Origin: Candidatus Latescibacterota bacterium
Lineage (GTDB): Bacteria > Latescibacterota > UBA2968 > GCA-2709665
Direction: 5' to 3'
NCBI GenBank assembly: GCA_965226795.1
Contig: CBDDDZ010000003.1
Location: 1-64,000, forward strand
DNA: 64,000 nt
A model generated the notes under the pieces. The model worked only from the letters and a program-made list of their open reading frames with translations. It had not been told where the DNA came from and did no database searches. The position numbers and the translations under genes were made by a program. This document shows, piece by piece, positions 29,626 to 41,844 of the stretch (the stretch's first letter is position 1; each line of letters opens with the position of its first letter).

Positions 29626-29984
29626 ATGAGGGGCGCGAGAGGCAACGGACCAGAAAAGCAGAGACGCCCGTTGAACAACCCAAACCGGAAGCACCACCGG
29701 TAGAGCAAGAGGTTATCATCTATCGGCGTGTTTCACGGTTTATAGAGAGGAAATTGCAACCAAAAGTACAGACACGTGCGCTTGCGGCGATTGATTCTCT
29801 CAAAGTCCCCACAAATATACGGGGGTCGGTAAAGATAGAGGGACGACCTGCCAACGATCCCATGTTCAGGATTGATAAAGATGCTTATAGGATCTTCTGC
29901 AAGCGTCTTGAGGGCAAGGTTCATGTGGTAGACATGGAGAATCGGCAAGGTGCTTATGACAAGGGTCGCACGAGGAAACGCTGA
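29622..29984 (+). CDS. RelE/ParE-family toxin
   Basis: KLQPKVQTRALAAIDSL..KIEG..FRIDKDAYRIF..VVDMENRQGAY follows the RelE pattern. Confidence 0.65.
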   Translation: MNEGRERQRTRKAETPVEQPKPEAPPVEQEVIIYRRVSRFIERKLQPKVQTRALAAIDSLKVPTNIRGSVKIEGRPANDPMFRIDKDAYRIFCKRLEGKVHVVDMENRQGAYDKGRTRKR

Positions 29985-30039
29985 TCTCCACAAGATGGGG
30001 ACAGTGATATTAGATTCCATAGACGTTGCGGGGAAGGCA

Positions 30040-30234
30040 ATGAAAAAGACAGGCAAGCGCAGGGCGGCAACCAAAGGAAGAATTAAGGTTGCAAAGTCTT
30101 CGTACAGTCCCACGAAGGCGGAGACGGAAGAGTTGGTAAAGATTCCAAAGAAGTTGGAAGGTGCGTCTTTTGACGCTTTTGTGAGTGTTGCGATAAGGCC
30201 AGTTGAAGTTAAGGAGTCGGACAAGCCGAAATAA
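30040..30234 (+). CDS. Small basic hypothetical protein (IS passenger-like)
   Basis: GGGGAAGG upstream; 64 aa, YSPTKAETEE motif. Confidence 0.45.
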   Translation: MKKTGKRRAATKGRIKVAKSSYSPTKAETEELVKIPKKLEGASFDAFVSVAIRPVEVKESDKPK

Positions 30235-30528
30235 TTAGATTTTTCTCGTGTGCAAACTTCACTTCCCGTCGGCTAACATTGTATATAGTTCCCATTGTAA
30301 AAGGATTTCGGCGCGTTTCAGGCGTCAACCCGATACTCCCGCCACCCGTCTCCCCGGCAGTCCCGCTCCTGCGGAGCGCAGACGCCCGAACCTGTCCCAT
30401 TTCCCGCCAGATTCCCCTTGCCTGTGAACGAGAGAACGTCGTATTTTCTTCCTATACGCCAACAATACACCAGGCTTGCAACGGTTCCGTAGGGTTGCGC
30501 CATATCCAGAACATCTAACGGGAGGTAA

Positions 30529-32664
<2,136 letters not shown>

Positions 32665-32825
32665 TCTCAGCGGGTGCTCGCAACGGCGGCCTTCGAGCAT
32701 CCGAGATCGGCGCAGATTGAAGGGCGTCAGTCGACAACGTGCCATTGACGTAGAGCAATTCGTCCCGAAGCCGCACTTCGGCCTGCAGTGCATACTCGAT
32801 GAAGGTAGTAGAAGAAAGGACCACG

Positions 32826-33299
32826 ATGGCAATCACGCTGGGGGCAGGCGATGTTGCCCCGGATTTCGCGCTCGCCGACCAGGACGGCAATATCCATTCG
32901 CTGGCCGAATACAGGGGCCGGACGGTCGTCCTCTACTTCTATCCGCGCGATGAGACCCCGGGTTGTACGACTCAGGCCTGCTCTTTTCGGGATGGTCACG
33001 CCGAAATCCTGGCCGAGGGTGCAATCGTGCTCGGTGTTTCGAGAGACGACGCCGATTCGCACCGGGCTTTCCGCGAACGCCACCGGCTGCCGTTTCCCCT
33101 GCTGGTAGATGCCGAAGCCACCGTCTCCGAGCGCTATGGCGCCTGGGGTGAGAAAGTCCTCTATGGTCGTCGGTTCCAGGGAATGACGCGGTCGACGTTC
33201 ATCATTGGCCCCAATGGAATACTGACCAGGGTTTGGAAACGGGCCAGGCCCGCCGAGCACGGCGCGGCGGTGCTAAAGGCGCTGCGCGAGTCCGCTTAA
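32826..33299 (+). CDS. bcp: Thioredoxin-dependent peroxiredoxin (Bcp/PrxQ)
   Basis: VLYFYPRDETPGCTTQACSFRD, GVSRD, RSTFII. Confidence 0.93.
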   Translation: MAITLGAGDVAPDFALADQDGNIHSLAEYRGRTVVLYFYPRDETPGCTTQACSFRDGHAEILAEGAIVLGVSRDDADSHRAFRERHRLPFPLLVDAEATVSERYGAWGEKVLYGRRFQGMTRSTFIIGPNGILTRVWKRARPAEHGAAVLKALRESA

Positions 33300-33461
33300 G
33301 CTCTTTGCGTTGGCCGGCACACGAACTTCGCGCCGGGTTCGAGCTTAGCCTGATCAATTCATGAATTGTCACGGTTAGCTGGTTTATTCGCGAATCAATC
33401 ATTTCCACCGCCGCACAATGGCTTTTCTGGATCCGCGAGCCGTCGCGGAAGCGTGTTTGAA

Positions 33462-33720
33462 GGTGGGGTAGACATTCCTGTCTGCCCTTCTCGTGTTTAC
33501 GCAGCAGGAGAGGGACATTTCGTTCGACTCCCCCTCTCCTCGCAGGAGAGGGGGCCGGGGGGAGAGGTCCTTCTGCCGGAATGCTGACAGAAGTGATCCA
33601 ATAGATAGCGCCATCGTTTGCCCGTGGGGGAGACGGCGGCGCGTCGTGGTGTGTCCGGACACAGGATTCCGAGGTTCCGGTTTGATGTATGTGAGCAGAC
33701 AAGAATGTCCGCTCCACCCT
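33462..33720. repeat. REPIN-like composite: inverted AGACATTCCTGTCTG units around a CCCTCTCC..GGAGAGGG palindrome
   Basis: GGGGTAGACATTCCTGTCTGCCC (about 33465) and its inverse GCAGACAAGAATGTCCGCTCC (about 33695); CCCCCTCTCCTCGCAGGAGAGGGGG at about 33530. Confidence 0.65.
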
Positions 33721-34094
33721 TTCAAGCTCTCGTTCGATGTTTACATCACAGCCTATCAGGCTGCTCTCTTCGAAAATCCATCATCTCCACGACCGCACAA
33801 TGGCTTGTAGAACCGTTGAGGAAGTGGATGTGAGCCCTTTCAAGCCTTTTTTCGAGGTATCGCTTGAGCGCGTCATCCATCTGTGACAGATCGCCTGTAC
33901 TGGCATCCACTTCCCGAAACCGCAAGGCGCCACTGTCACCGACCTGCTTGCGGTGACGCACATGCTGGCTGGTCAGGACGCGACCGTCGAAGGCGCCTTC
34001 CATATTCCTGGCGCATTGACTTGGAAGTGCGACCCTGTCATAATTACACTGCCATAGAGAATGACCCCGTCACTGGAGGAAGGGGCATTCGACT

Positions 34095-34340
34095 ATGATT
34101 GAATGGCTTGGTATCGGCCACCTTTTCGAGCTTTCCCGGACGGAAGCGATTGCGGGGTTTTTCACCCCGCTGGTGATCTTCGCCGTGTTTTTCCTGGCGC
34201 AGCTCATACTGCCTGGAAAGTGGGTCCCCGGCTACGTCATCAATCCGAAGACCAGCGAGCCCCGCACCTATCGGCTGAACGGTATTCTGGTATTTGCAAT
34301 CGCGCTGATCGTGTGGGCGTTCGAGCTCACCGGGCTGACG
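34095..34340 (+). pseudogene. 5' fragment of an ERG4/ERG24 sterol-reductase-like membrane protein
   Basis: LILPGKWVPGYV..YRLNG motif plus TM segments; similarity stops after about 80 codons, then a katG-like piece follows. Confidence 0.55.
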
Positions 34341-34603
34341 TGCGGTCCACACGGACGCGTCGCGGGCGTGGACCGACGGGGAGTCGTCTGCCGTACTCTA
34401 ATGTTCTGGCCCGGAAATAGATTGCCAAAATTCGGCCGATCAGAAGCAGCAAAAACAGCTATCAGCCGTCAGCTTGAACCAAAAACCCAATCAGTTGACA
34501 TCAGCGCCGTGAAGAGACGAGACCAGAACGGGCGCAGCGAGACGGGATGAACCGGCGGGATAATAGTGAGATATTTTCGGGTTAGAACATTGGGACTGCC
34601 TTG

Positions 34604-35506
34604 ATGATAAGGCTTTTTTTTGTCACCATTGTGGCGTTGTCAAGCATGTTTTCCTGTTCAGGAAATGACGACATGCCACTCGATGCACCCGCAACAACTG
34701 GTCTATTTGCACAAACACTTTCAAATAATGGTATGACGAGACAATATATCTTGTATGTGCCTGATTTTCACGATGAAGCTTCGGCAGTTCCCCTGATGCT
34801 TAACTTTCACGGATATGGTCAGACTGCAGACCAATATTTGAATTTCGCAGATATGCGGTCTTTGGCAGATACGGAAAAATTTATTCTGGTTTATCCTCAA
34901 GGCACCCTGCTGGATGGAGACCCGCACTGGAATGCCGGCTTAGAATCAGATACCAACAAGAGTAATGCGGATGATTTTGGCTTTGTGGAAGCACTGATCA
35001 ATGAAATTTCCTCGAATTACAAGATTGACCCGGCAAGAGTATATTCCTGTGGTTTCTCAAACGGCGCTTTCTTTACGTATGCACTTGCCTGCTATCATAG
35101 CGATAAAATAGCGGCAATAGGTTCTGTTGCCGGAACGATGATGGAGGAAACATATAACAACTGTAACCCATCACACCCTACGGCCATGATAAATATTCAT
35201 GGTACATCAGACGCCTATGTCCCCTATGGCGGGTGGAATGAAGGATTGAAATCAATTGACGACGTGCTTGCTTATTGGACAGGTTTCAATAATACCAGTG
35301 CTACTCCCACAGTAAATCGCATAAATGATGGTGCAACAACAATCGAACGCTATTCTTATACAGATGGCGACGACAATATTTCTGTTGAGCACTATAAGGT
35401 TATCGACGGAGGACATGTCTGGTTTGATATCAGCTACGACGGCTCTGATACAAGTGCTTTAGTCTGGAATTTTGTGTCAAGATATGACATAAATGGATTG
35501 AGGTAA
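34604..35506 (+). CDS. PHB depolymerase/LpqC-like esterase, probable lipoprotein
   Basis: Lipobox FSC; LNFHG, YPQG, GFSNG nucleophile elbow, IHGTSD, GGHVW; AT-rich. Confidence 0.9.
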   Translation: MIRLFFVTIVALSSMFSCSGNDDMPLDAPATTGLFAQTLSNNGMTRQYILYVPDFHDEASAVPLMLNFHGYGQTADQYLNFADMRSLADTEKFILVYPQGTLLDGDPHWNAGLESDTNKSNADDFGFVEALINEISSNYKIDPARVYSCGFSNGAFFTYALACYHSDKIAAIGSVAGTMMEETYNNCNPSHPTAMINIHGTSDAYVPYGGWNEGLKSIDDVLAYWTGFNNTSATPTVNRINDGATTIERYSYTDGDDNISVEHYKVIDGGHVWFDISYDGSDTSALVWNFVSRYDINGLR

Positions 35507-35706
35507 TTCGACGGGATCCAGGCATACCCCTCCAATGCCAACGTGGGCGGCCTGCTCCGCAGCCGCCCACGACAATAATACGCCGGGGACCGAATTCAAA
35601 CACCAAGTTCCCTATATGGATCCAACCATCGACATCAAGGGCATCCAGAAATTCCACTTGCTATACTTTTCCCGGATACGACAGGCGTCGCGGGTATACA
35701 TCGACT

Positions 35707-36444
35707 TCAATGCTTATATGCCACATGTCGATCTTCGTATTTTCCCTTTAGAAACCTTTCCGGATTCAGTTTTTCCGGCAAATAATGCCAGGCCGTACTA
35801 TAGCGCGTGCGATTGCTGTGGTTATCATACGCACCGTGCAAGAGACTGGCGGAAAACAGAACAACCGTGCCAGCGGGAATGACCAGATCCACAGCCCGCG
35901 ATTCATCGACCTCCGTCCAACTGCCATGCCTGCCTGGATTTTTGCGGTACTCGACAATCTTGCCTATCCGGTGGCTGCCGGGCACCACCCGCAAACACCC
36001 ATTCTCCACATCTAAATCTTCCAGATAAATTCCGCAACTGACAATGCGATCCGTATCGGTGCCAAAATAATAATTATCCTGATGCCAGCTCGTTGACGTG
36101 CCGCCGTTGGGCAACTTCGGAAAAAACTTGGTGCCAAACACATCGATATTTTCACCAATCAATACTGCGACGCGGTCTAAAATCGCCGGTTCACGCGCCA
36201 GTTTCAACACGCGGGCATCGACCACGCAAACCCCCTGAACTTTGTGCAACAAACCCGCCCGGGGTTTACCGCGTTCGTCCAACTCGAGCGCCCAGTGCGG
36301 CGTCTCCTCGGTCATTTTACGCCCCTCTGCGACCAGTTCATCAAACACGCGCTTGTAATGGGCCAACCGCTCGCCTTGTATCAGGGCTTCAAAAACGAGA
36401 TACCCATCTTCTCGAAACTGCCGGTCCTGTTCGTCAGTTAACAT
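35707..36444 (-). CDS. Phytanoyl-CoA dioxygenase (PhyH) family protein
   Basis: QFREDGYL, WHQD, ENGCLRVVPGSH, LLHGA..N..R. Confidence 0.92.
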   Translation of the reverse strand: MLTDEQDRQFREDGYLVFEALIQGERLAHYKRVFDELVAEGRKMTEETPHWALELDERGKPRAGLLHKVQGVCVVDARVLKLAREPAILDRVAVLIGENIDVFGTKFFPKLPNGGTSTSWHQDNYYFGTDTDRIVSCGIYLEDLDVENGCLRVVPGSHRIGKIVEYRKNPGRHGSWTEVDESRAVDLVIPAGTVVLFSASLLHGAYDNHSNRTRYSTAWHYLPEKLNPERFLKGKYEDRHVAYKH

Positions 36445-36656
36445 TAAGACCTCCTCAAATTCGCTCGGCTACTTCGGTCGCGCAAACGCGACCAGGGGTG
36501 ATTACGCCAACCAGTAGCCAGACATAGGACCTTTTTTTGGCTATATTAAGCCGGGAATCAAGGGTACGAGCGCTTGAACGCGCCCCGGCCGGGGACTTGC
36601 CCTATACGCTGACATTTCGGACGTTAACTTAGGTAAGATCAGAAAGGAAAAGACCG

Positions 36657-37394
36657 GTGTCAAGAATCGAACCCGCATCCCGACTAACCCGCCTGAATGG
36701 TGCCAGGATCGGACTCCTGGACCCGGGAAAGCGTACTGCGGGAGCCGTTCTCAAGGCAGTTGGTGAGCGGCTCGCGGCAGAGTACGACGCGAATGTGGTC
36801 GGACCCTGGAGAAAGTCATCGCCCTACCGCGTCTGCTCAAAGAAGCTTCTGGAGGAGATCGTTCCACATTGCGACGGGCTTGTCATGGGGGTCGTGGATT
36901 GATGTGGCGCCAGTTCGTGCAGTTTGCACGATATGCTGGAGTTCGAGTTGAGAGGCATACCGACCGCCTACATCACGGCCGCAGGAAGGGTTCCAATGGT
37001 CGAACGCGATGGTGATGGCTTCAGCCTTTCACATGCAACAGGAAACTACCTGGTTGAAGGATGGGAGGACTCCGGACCGCAGTCAGACGAGGTCCATCGC
37101 AGGCTGATTCACTTCGGAGTACACCGCAGGATGAGGATGAGCGATGTGAAGGAGGGGGATCGGGTTCGCTACGGCGGTAAGGACCTGCGATGGGAGTATC
37201 CTCGAATGGAGCTGGAAGCCAGAATCAGGCCTGCCGGAGCCGGCGCCTGGTCGAGCACCTTTGACGGCGTCGCAGGCTACAGGAATATCGAACTGCGCGC
37301 GACCGCTGCACCCGTGGAAGGCGATGAATTCGATGAAAGCGTGGAAGAGGCCGTCCCACAGGTGGTGTCGATTTTGACGGGTGGGAGGGCGTGA
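36657..37394 (+). CDS. UGSC-family putative selenoprotein, Sec at TGA 36900-36902
   Basis: ORFs 36657..36902 and 36924..37394 are in frame; LNGARIGLLDPGK..CDGLVMGVVD-U-CGASSCSLHDMLEFELRGIPT matches the UGSC family; hairpin 36915-36931. Confidence 0.8.
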
Positions 37395-37590
37395 GTTCAC
37401 GATCCGCCGTCGCAGTCTCGACACCAACAACCTCCTCGAAAAACCGAACCGATGACGCACGATCCGTGTTCAGATGCTCCGACCAGGCAAACGCGCCTCC
37501 CTCCGACATAACTCCGCATCCCACGAACTCGTCGGGCTCCCACAGCGTCGTCACACAACCAGTCGGGTCCGCGAAGACAGGCGCACGCAT
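37391..37590 (-). pseudogene. VOC/glyoxalase family internal fragment
   Basis: VFADPTGCVTTLWEP..GAFAWSEHLNTD..RFFEEVVG. Confidence 0.55.
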
Positions 37591-38037
37591 TAGCATGTGC
37601 ATGCCCCCCGTTTTCGCTCGGCGATGGAAATGGCAATGGCCGCCACTTGCCTGCTCGAGGCGGATCTGCCGGTACAGACCCGCAACTCCTGATGTCGTGC
37701 ATGCAAGCAGACCACCCTCACCATCTAGCTCTGCAGCCAAACGCTGGCCGCCCCCTACTTGGCGAACGAAGGCGTCTTGGCTCTTCAACAGCTTCAGCAG
37801 GGAAGGCCCGCGGCATGCTCTCGACCATCGGTTTCGCATCAAGAATGGGCACGCCTTGCTTCGGCCCTTCTTCGTTTTCTTGCTCAACGGTCGCACATCT
37901 GTGTCATCGCCTCCGACCCGGCAGCGGCAACGCGGGCCGACGACCCCACGCCCACTAAGCTGACAGCGCGGCGCCGGTCACTCCTCGACGACGACACGTG
38001 CGCGGACCGAGGCACAGCTCTCAACCGCTTCCGCGCC

Positions 38038-38688
38038 TTACTGTATTTGCTCGCCAGTCGGTTGTACTATGGCGACTCGCATACCACGCACGAGCCACGG
38101 GTCCCTGCGTTGGCCACGGTTAATCGCCAAATCGCTCTTCGCGTGCAGGCCCGCGTACCACTCCGCGAACTGTCGAACCGGAATCCCGTTCCCCGGCTCC
38201 AACTCCTCTACCCCTCGGAGTTCATACTCCGGATTTATGGACGCCAGCCGCCGTTCGCAGCGCACGGTCCTGGTCTGATACGTGCCGAACGGGTCCGTTC
38301 CACTCATGGATCCCACCGGCAGAAACCATGTATCGCGGAGCAGACAGGGCACACAACGCTGCAGCTTCGCGGGAAGCACGTAGTACGGCAGAACGTAGAA
38401 CACGTTCCCCGTCGACCCTGCTGCGAGTGCAGACAGCTTCTCATGCTGTCGGCGCTGGATCGTGAACCTGTAGGGCTCACCTTCTTGACGCCCCTTCGGT
38501 GCCTTGAACTGAAACGCGAAGATCCTCGTCTTCGGCGACAGCTGGGCAAAGAAATCCGCGCCCTCCTGACTTTCCTCGCGTTGAGTGAGACCCCTTAGAT
38601 ATGTCTTCGGCATCCTCCACCGCCCGCGTAGCAGCGCCAGCAGTTCCGCGCCCACATTCAGCTCCAGCGACTTTTCCGAGACCTTCAT
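38038..38688 (-). CDS. Hypothetical protein with PD-(D/E)XK-like motif
   Basis: SE..LTQREESQEGAD..FAFQFKAP fits the E..D..QxK restriction-endonuclease-like variant. Confidence 0.65.
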   Translation of the reverse strand: MKVSEKSLELNVGAELLALLRGRWRMPKTYLRGLTQREESQEGADFFAQLSPKTRIFAFQFKAPKGRQEGEPYRFTIQRRQHEKLSALAAGSTGNVFYVLPYYVLPAKLQRCVPCLLRDTWFLPVGSMSGTDPFGTYQTRTVRCERRLASINPEYELRGVEELEPGNGIPVRQFAEWYAGLHAKSDLAINRGQRRDPWLVRGMRVAIVQPTGEQIQ

Positions 38689-38733
38689 TCAGTCAACGTT
38701 CCTCCACCAGCAACACCTGGCTCAACGATTACC

Positions 38734-40136
38734 TCACTTCCCCACGATCACCAATTCCTCCCAATTGCTGGGCGGGCCTTCCTTCAACAGCTTGAACAGC
38801 GTCCTTGCCGCGAGGTCGAACCCTGTGTGGAACCATTCGCGGTATCTCCCCGCTGATGCCTTTCGCTTCCCTTTGTGCACGATTTCCGACCGTACCCCGT
38901 AGAACCCCTTGACTGATTCCATGACCCGAAGCCGTTCTTCCGCATCCCGGCCCAGAAACCACGATGACCGGGTGCGCATCTTGTGGGATATCTCGCCGCC
39001 GCCCAGCTCATACATCCGCTCCAGGGCGATGGCGACGTCCAGGATCTTGTCTTCCGCCGCAAACCGTCCGTCCCTCGCAAGCGCTTCGGCGAGTCGTGCC
39101 ACAACCGGCGCCAGCTTAACGTAACGCTGGCCTTTCCGTTCGCCATACGCAGTTTTCGCGTCCGCGACCGCCTCTGGCCGGGGCTCCGGGGGTTTTTCAA
39201 AAGGATCGAACCGATGGACTGGACGGCCCGATTGCACCCCTCGCATGATTGTGCGCCTGTCCGAGCAGGTGACAGGCGGATCGGCTCAGACACTCGCGAA
39301 CCGCCGCAAGACACACGATCGGCACCCGATGCGATACCGCCAGCAATTCCAGAAACTCCAGTGCATCCGGCACGAACGGTCTGGGAGGCACCGCATCCGT
39401 CTCCGTCGGGTCGCCCCTCCGGTGGAACACCGGCCGCCACCGGAAGGGTTTCACAACCGCCCCGACCAGCCGCCAATCCCGATACCTGATGACGTCCGGC
39501 GCCATGTCCTTCAGCACCTCTTCGTCTACGAAGGCCCGCACCTGCTCAAACGGCAGCATTGCGAGCCCGCCTCCGATGTCGATTTCCTCTTCCAGGCACA
39601 GGCCATGGAACAGCACCACGTGGTATGCGATGTTGAGATCGCCCGGCACAGCCGAGGCGTCTCCGCCACTGGCAGAGTCGAGCATGGCGTGTAACTCTCC
39701 TGCGGCTTCGTGGAAACCGTCCCCCGGCAGTTCGTTTGCGCGCGCCATCAGCCCGCCGATCAGGTCCGTGAGCGACGTCGAGTTGCCATGACCGCGGGAT
39801 CTGAACCCAGAAATCATCGTTGTTGATGAGTGGACCCACGGCGCGCCACAGCGTGGGATGCGATCTCAGGACGGTGCGAACCGGGTCTATCGCCGCGCGT
39901 AGCGGCGCGTAGTTCTCGCTCTCGCCGAAGCCCTGAACCGCTTTGGCATAGAGCATTCGCAGATCGTCCAGTGGAAACGGCGTCTCGTCCCGGCCATTGA
40001 CGATGACCTGCTTGCGCGGATTGTGCTGCCAAATTTCCTTCAGGAACGGCTCCTGGGCCTTTGACAACCCGGGAAGCGCTCGCGCGAGCCGCTCGATCCA
40101 GACTCCGGCTTCGAATTCCTCGGACTTCATGCGCAC
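38734..40136 (-). CDS. HEPN (ApeA-like) domain protein, two frameshifts (about 39800 and about 39240)
   Basis: Three overlapping ORF pieces; C-terminal AIALERMY..RTRSSWFLG..FYGVRSEIVH contains RxxxxH. Confidence 0.75.
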
Positions 40137-40141
40137 CCTAG

Positions 40142-41838
40142 CCTGAAAAATTCACAAAAAAGGTAGTTTCCTTACCCAAGTCATTGTATTATATTGTGGT
40201 TACGCAAATAACCATAACACAATGAAACAGGAGGAAACTACCGTGGGAGTTCAAGATACACATCACAGGGTGTCTTTCGCAAGTCTTTCTGGTAAGCCGG
40301 TAGAAGCCACCTTCGACGGAGGCATCCTGACCAGCGACAGCGGGGTGATGCTGCTTCGTGAGGTGGAGGCCAGAACCGGGATTTTGCATAGGATGGTTGC
40401 GGCGCTCACGGATCGTCGACATCAAAGTTACGTACATCATCAGATGATGGATCTGGTCAAACAACGTGTGTTTCAGATGGCCTGTGGATATGAGGACGCG
40501 AACGATTGCAATACGTTGCGCGAGGATCCCGGCTTCAAGGCGGCCTGTGATCGGTTGCCGCTTTCCGGTGCGGATCTGGCCAGTCAACCCACGATGAGTC
40601 GGTTCGAGAACCGGATCAGCAGAACCGATTTGTATCGGATCGCCAAGGCCTTTGCGGATGTGTTTGTCGCCTCGTATGAGGAACCGCCCGAAGCCATTCT
40701 GTTGGATATCGATGACACGGAAGACAAGGTGTATGGGTCTCAACAGTTGTCGTTGTTCAATGCGTATTTCAATGGCTATTGCTACCAGCCCCTGCATATC
40801 TATGAAGGCCAGACGGGCAAGTTGATCACGACGGTCTTGCGTCCTGGCAGGCGGCCCACGGGTAAAGAGATCGTCACCATTCTCAAACGGGTGATCGCCT
40901 ACCTGCGCCGCGCCTGGCCCGACGTGGCGATCCTGTTGCGCGGCGATGCTCATTTTTCGTGTCCGGAAGTGCACGCGTTGTGTGAAGACCAGAATGTGTA
41001 TTTTGTCCTCGGACAAAACGGCAACGCCAAACTGCTGCGCTCGGCACAGTCCTTGATAGACCAGGCCAAAACGCTGTATGCCGCTTCGGGAAAACCCGTG
41101 CGCCTTTATCGCTGTTGGGACTATCAGGCGAAAACCTGGGCTTGTCCACAACGCATCATCTGCAAGGCGGAAGTCACCCCGCAAGGAGACAATATCCGAT
41201 TCGTGGTCACCAACCTAAAGCGCGCCCAACCGTCATTCATCTACAAAACCGCCTATTGCGCACGCGGCAGGATGGAAAACTTCATCAAGAATCACAAGAC
41301 CTTTCTCCATTCCGATCGCACCTCTTGTCACATCTTCCAGGCCAATCACTTCCGTCTCTTTCTCCACAGCGCCGCCTATGTCCTGATGCACGCCTTGGCA
41401 CAAACCGGGTTGCGCGGCACGAAGTGGACGAACGCACAGTTCAATACCCTGCAAAACCGTCTCTTGAAAGTCGCCGGGCGCGTTTGTGAGTTGAAAACAA
41501 AAATCAGGTTCCATCTGCCAACGGCGTTTCCACTCAAACACCTTTATCGCAAGATCCTCTACAACCTGGCAACGTGTGTTCCATAACGCATCGTCGAGCT
41601 GACCGCGCCTTCACGTTTGGACCGACACGACCAACAGCCACGGAGACGTCTGTGCTCTTGACAGCGGAATTCAGAGCAAGCTGACGCCACGGAGCAAACG
41701 TGCTGCCAGCAGGCGCCGCCGACACGGCCGGGACACGCCAAATCCGTCTCAGCCCGTGCTCTTTCGTTTCTCGTCTCACTCGGAAGCTCTTTCTGCTTCC
41801 TCATACTGCATTCCGTGACGATTCATGAATAGGTCAGG
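40142..41838 (+). mobile_element. Complete IS1380-family element
   Basis: Ends CCTGAAAAATTCAC and (rc) CCTGACCTATTCAT; CTAG on both flanks (40138-40141, 41839-41842). Confidence 0.93.
40222..41586 (+). CDS. IS1380 transposase
   Basis: FDGGILTSDSG, GYEDAND, LASQPTMSRFEN, LDIDDT, RGDAHF, YCARGRMENFIK. Confidence 0.97.
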   Translation: MKQEETTVGVQDTHHRVSFASLSGKPVEATFDGGILTSDSGVMLLREVEARTGILHRMVAALTDRRHQSYVHHQMMDLVKQRVFQMACGYEDANDCNTLREDPGFKAACDRLPLSGADLASQPTMSRFENRISRTDLYRIAKAFADVFVASYEEPPEAILLDIDDTEDKVYGSQQLSLFNAYFNGYCYQPLHIYEGQTGKLITTVLRPGRRPTGKEIVTILKRVIAYLRRAWPDVAILLRGDAHFSCPEVHALCEDQNVYFVLGQNGNAKLLRSAQSLIDQAKTLYAASGKPVRLYRCWDYQAKTWACPQRIICKAEVTPQGDNIRFVVTNLKRAQPSFIYKTAYCARGRMENFIKNHKTFLHSDRTSCHIFQANHFRLFLHSAAYVLMHALAQTGLRGTKWTNAQFNTLQNRLLKVAGRVCELKTKIRFHLPTAFPLKHLYRKILYNLATCVP

Positions 41839-41844
41839 CTAGAA

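Noticed and set aside
37759..37812. Inverted remnant of the HEPN gene (WRTKASWLFNSFSREGP versus MRTRSSWF..LFKLLKEGP)
   Set aside because: Similarity is too short and gapped to support without an alignment statistic.
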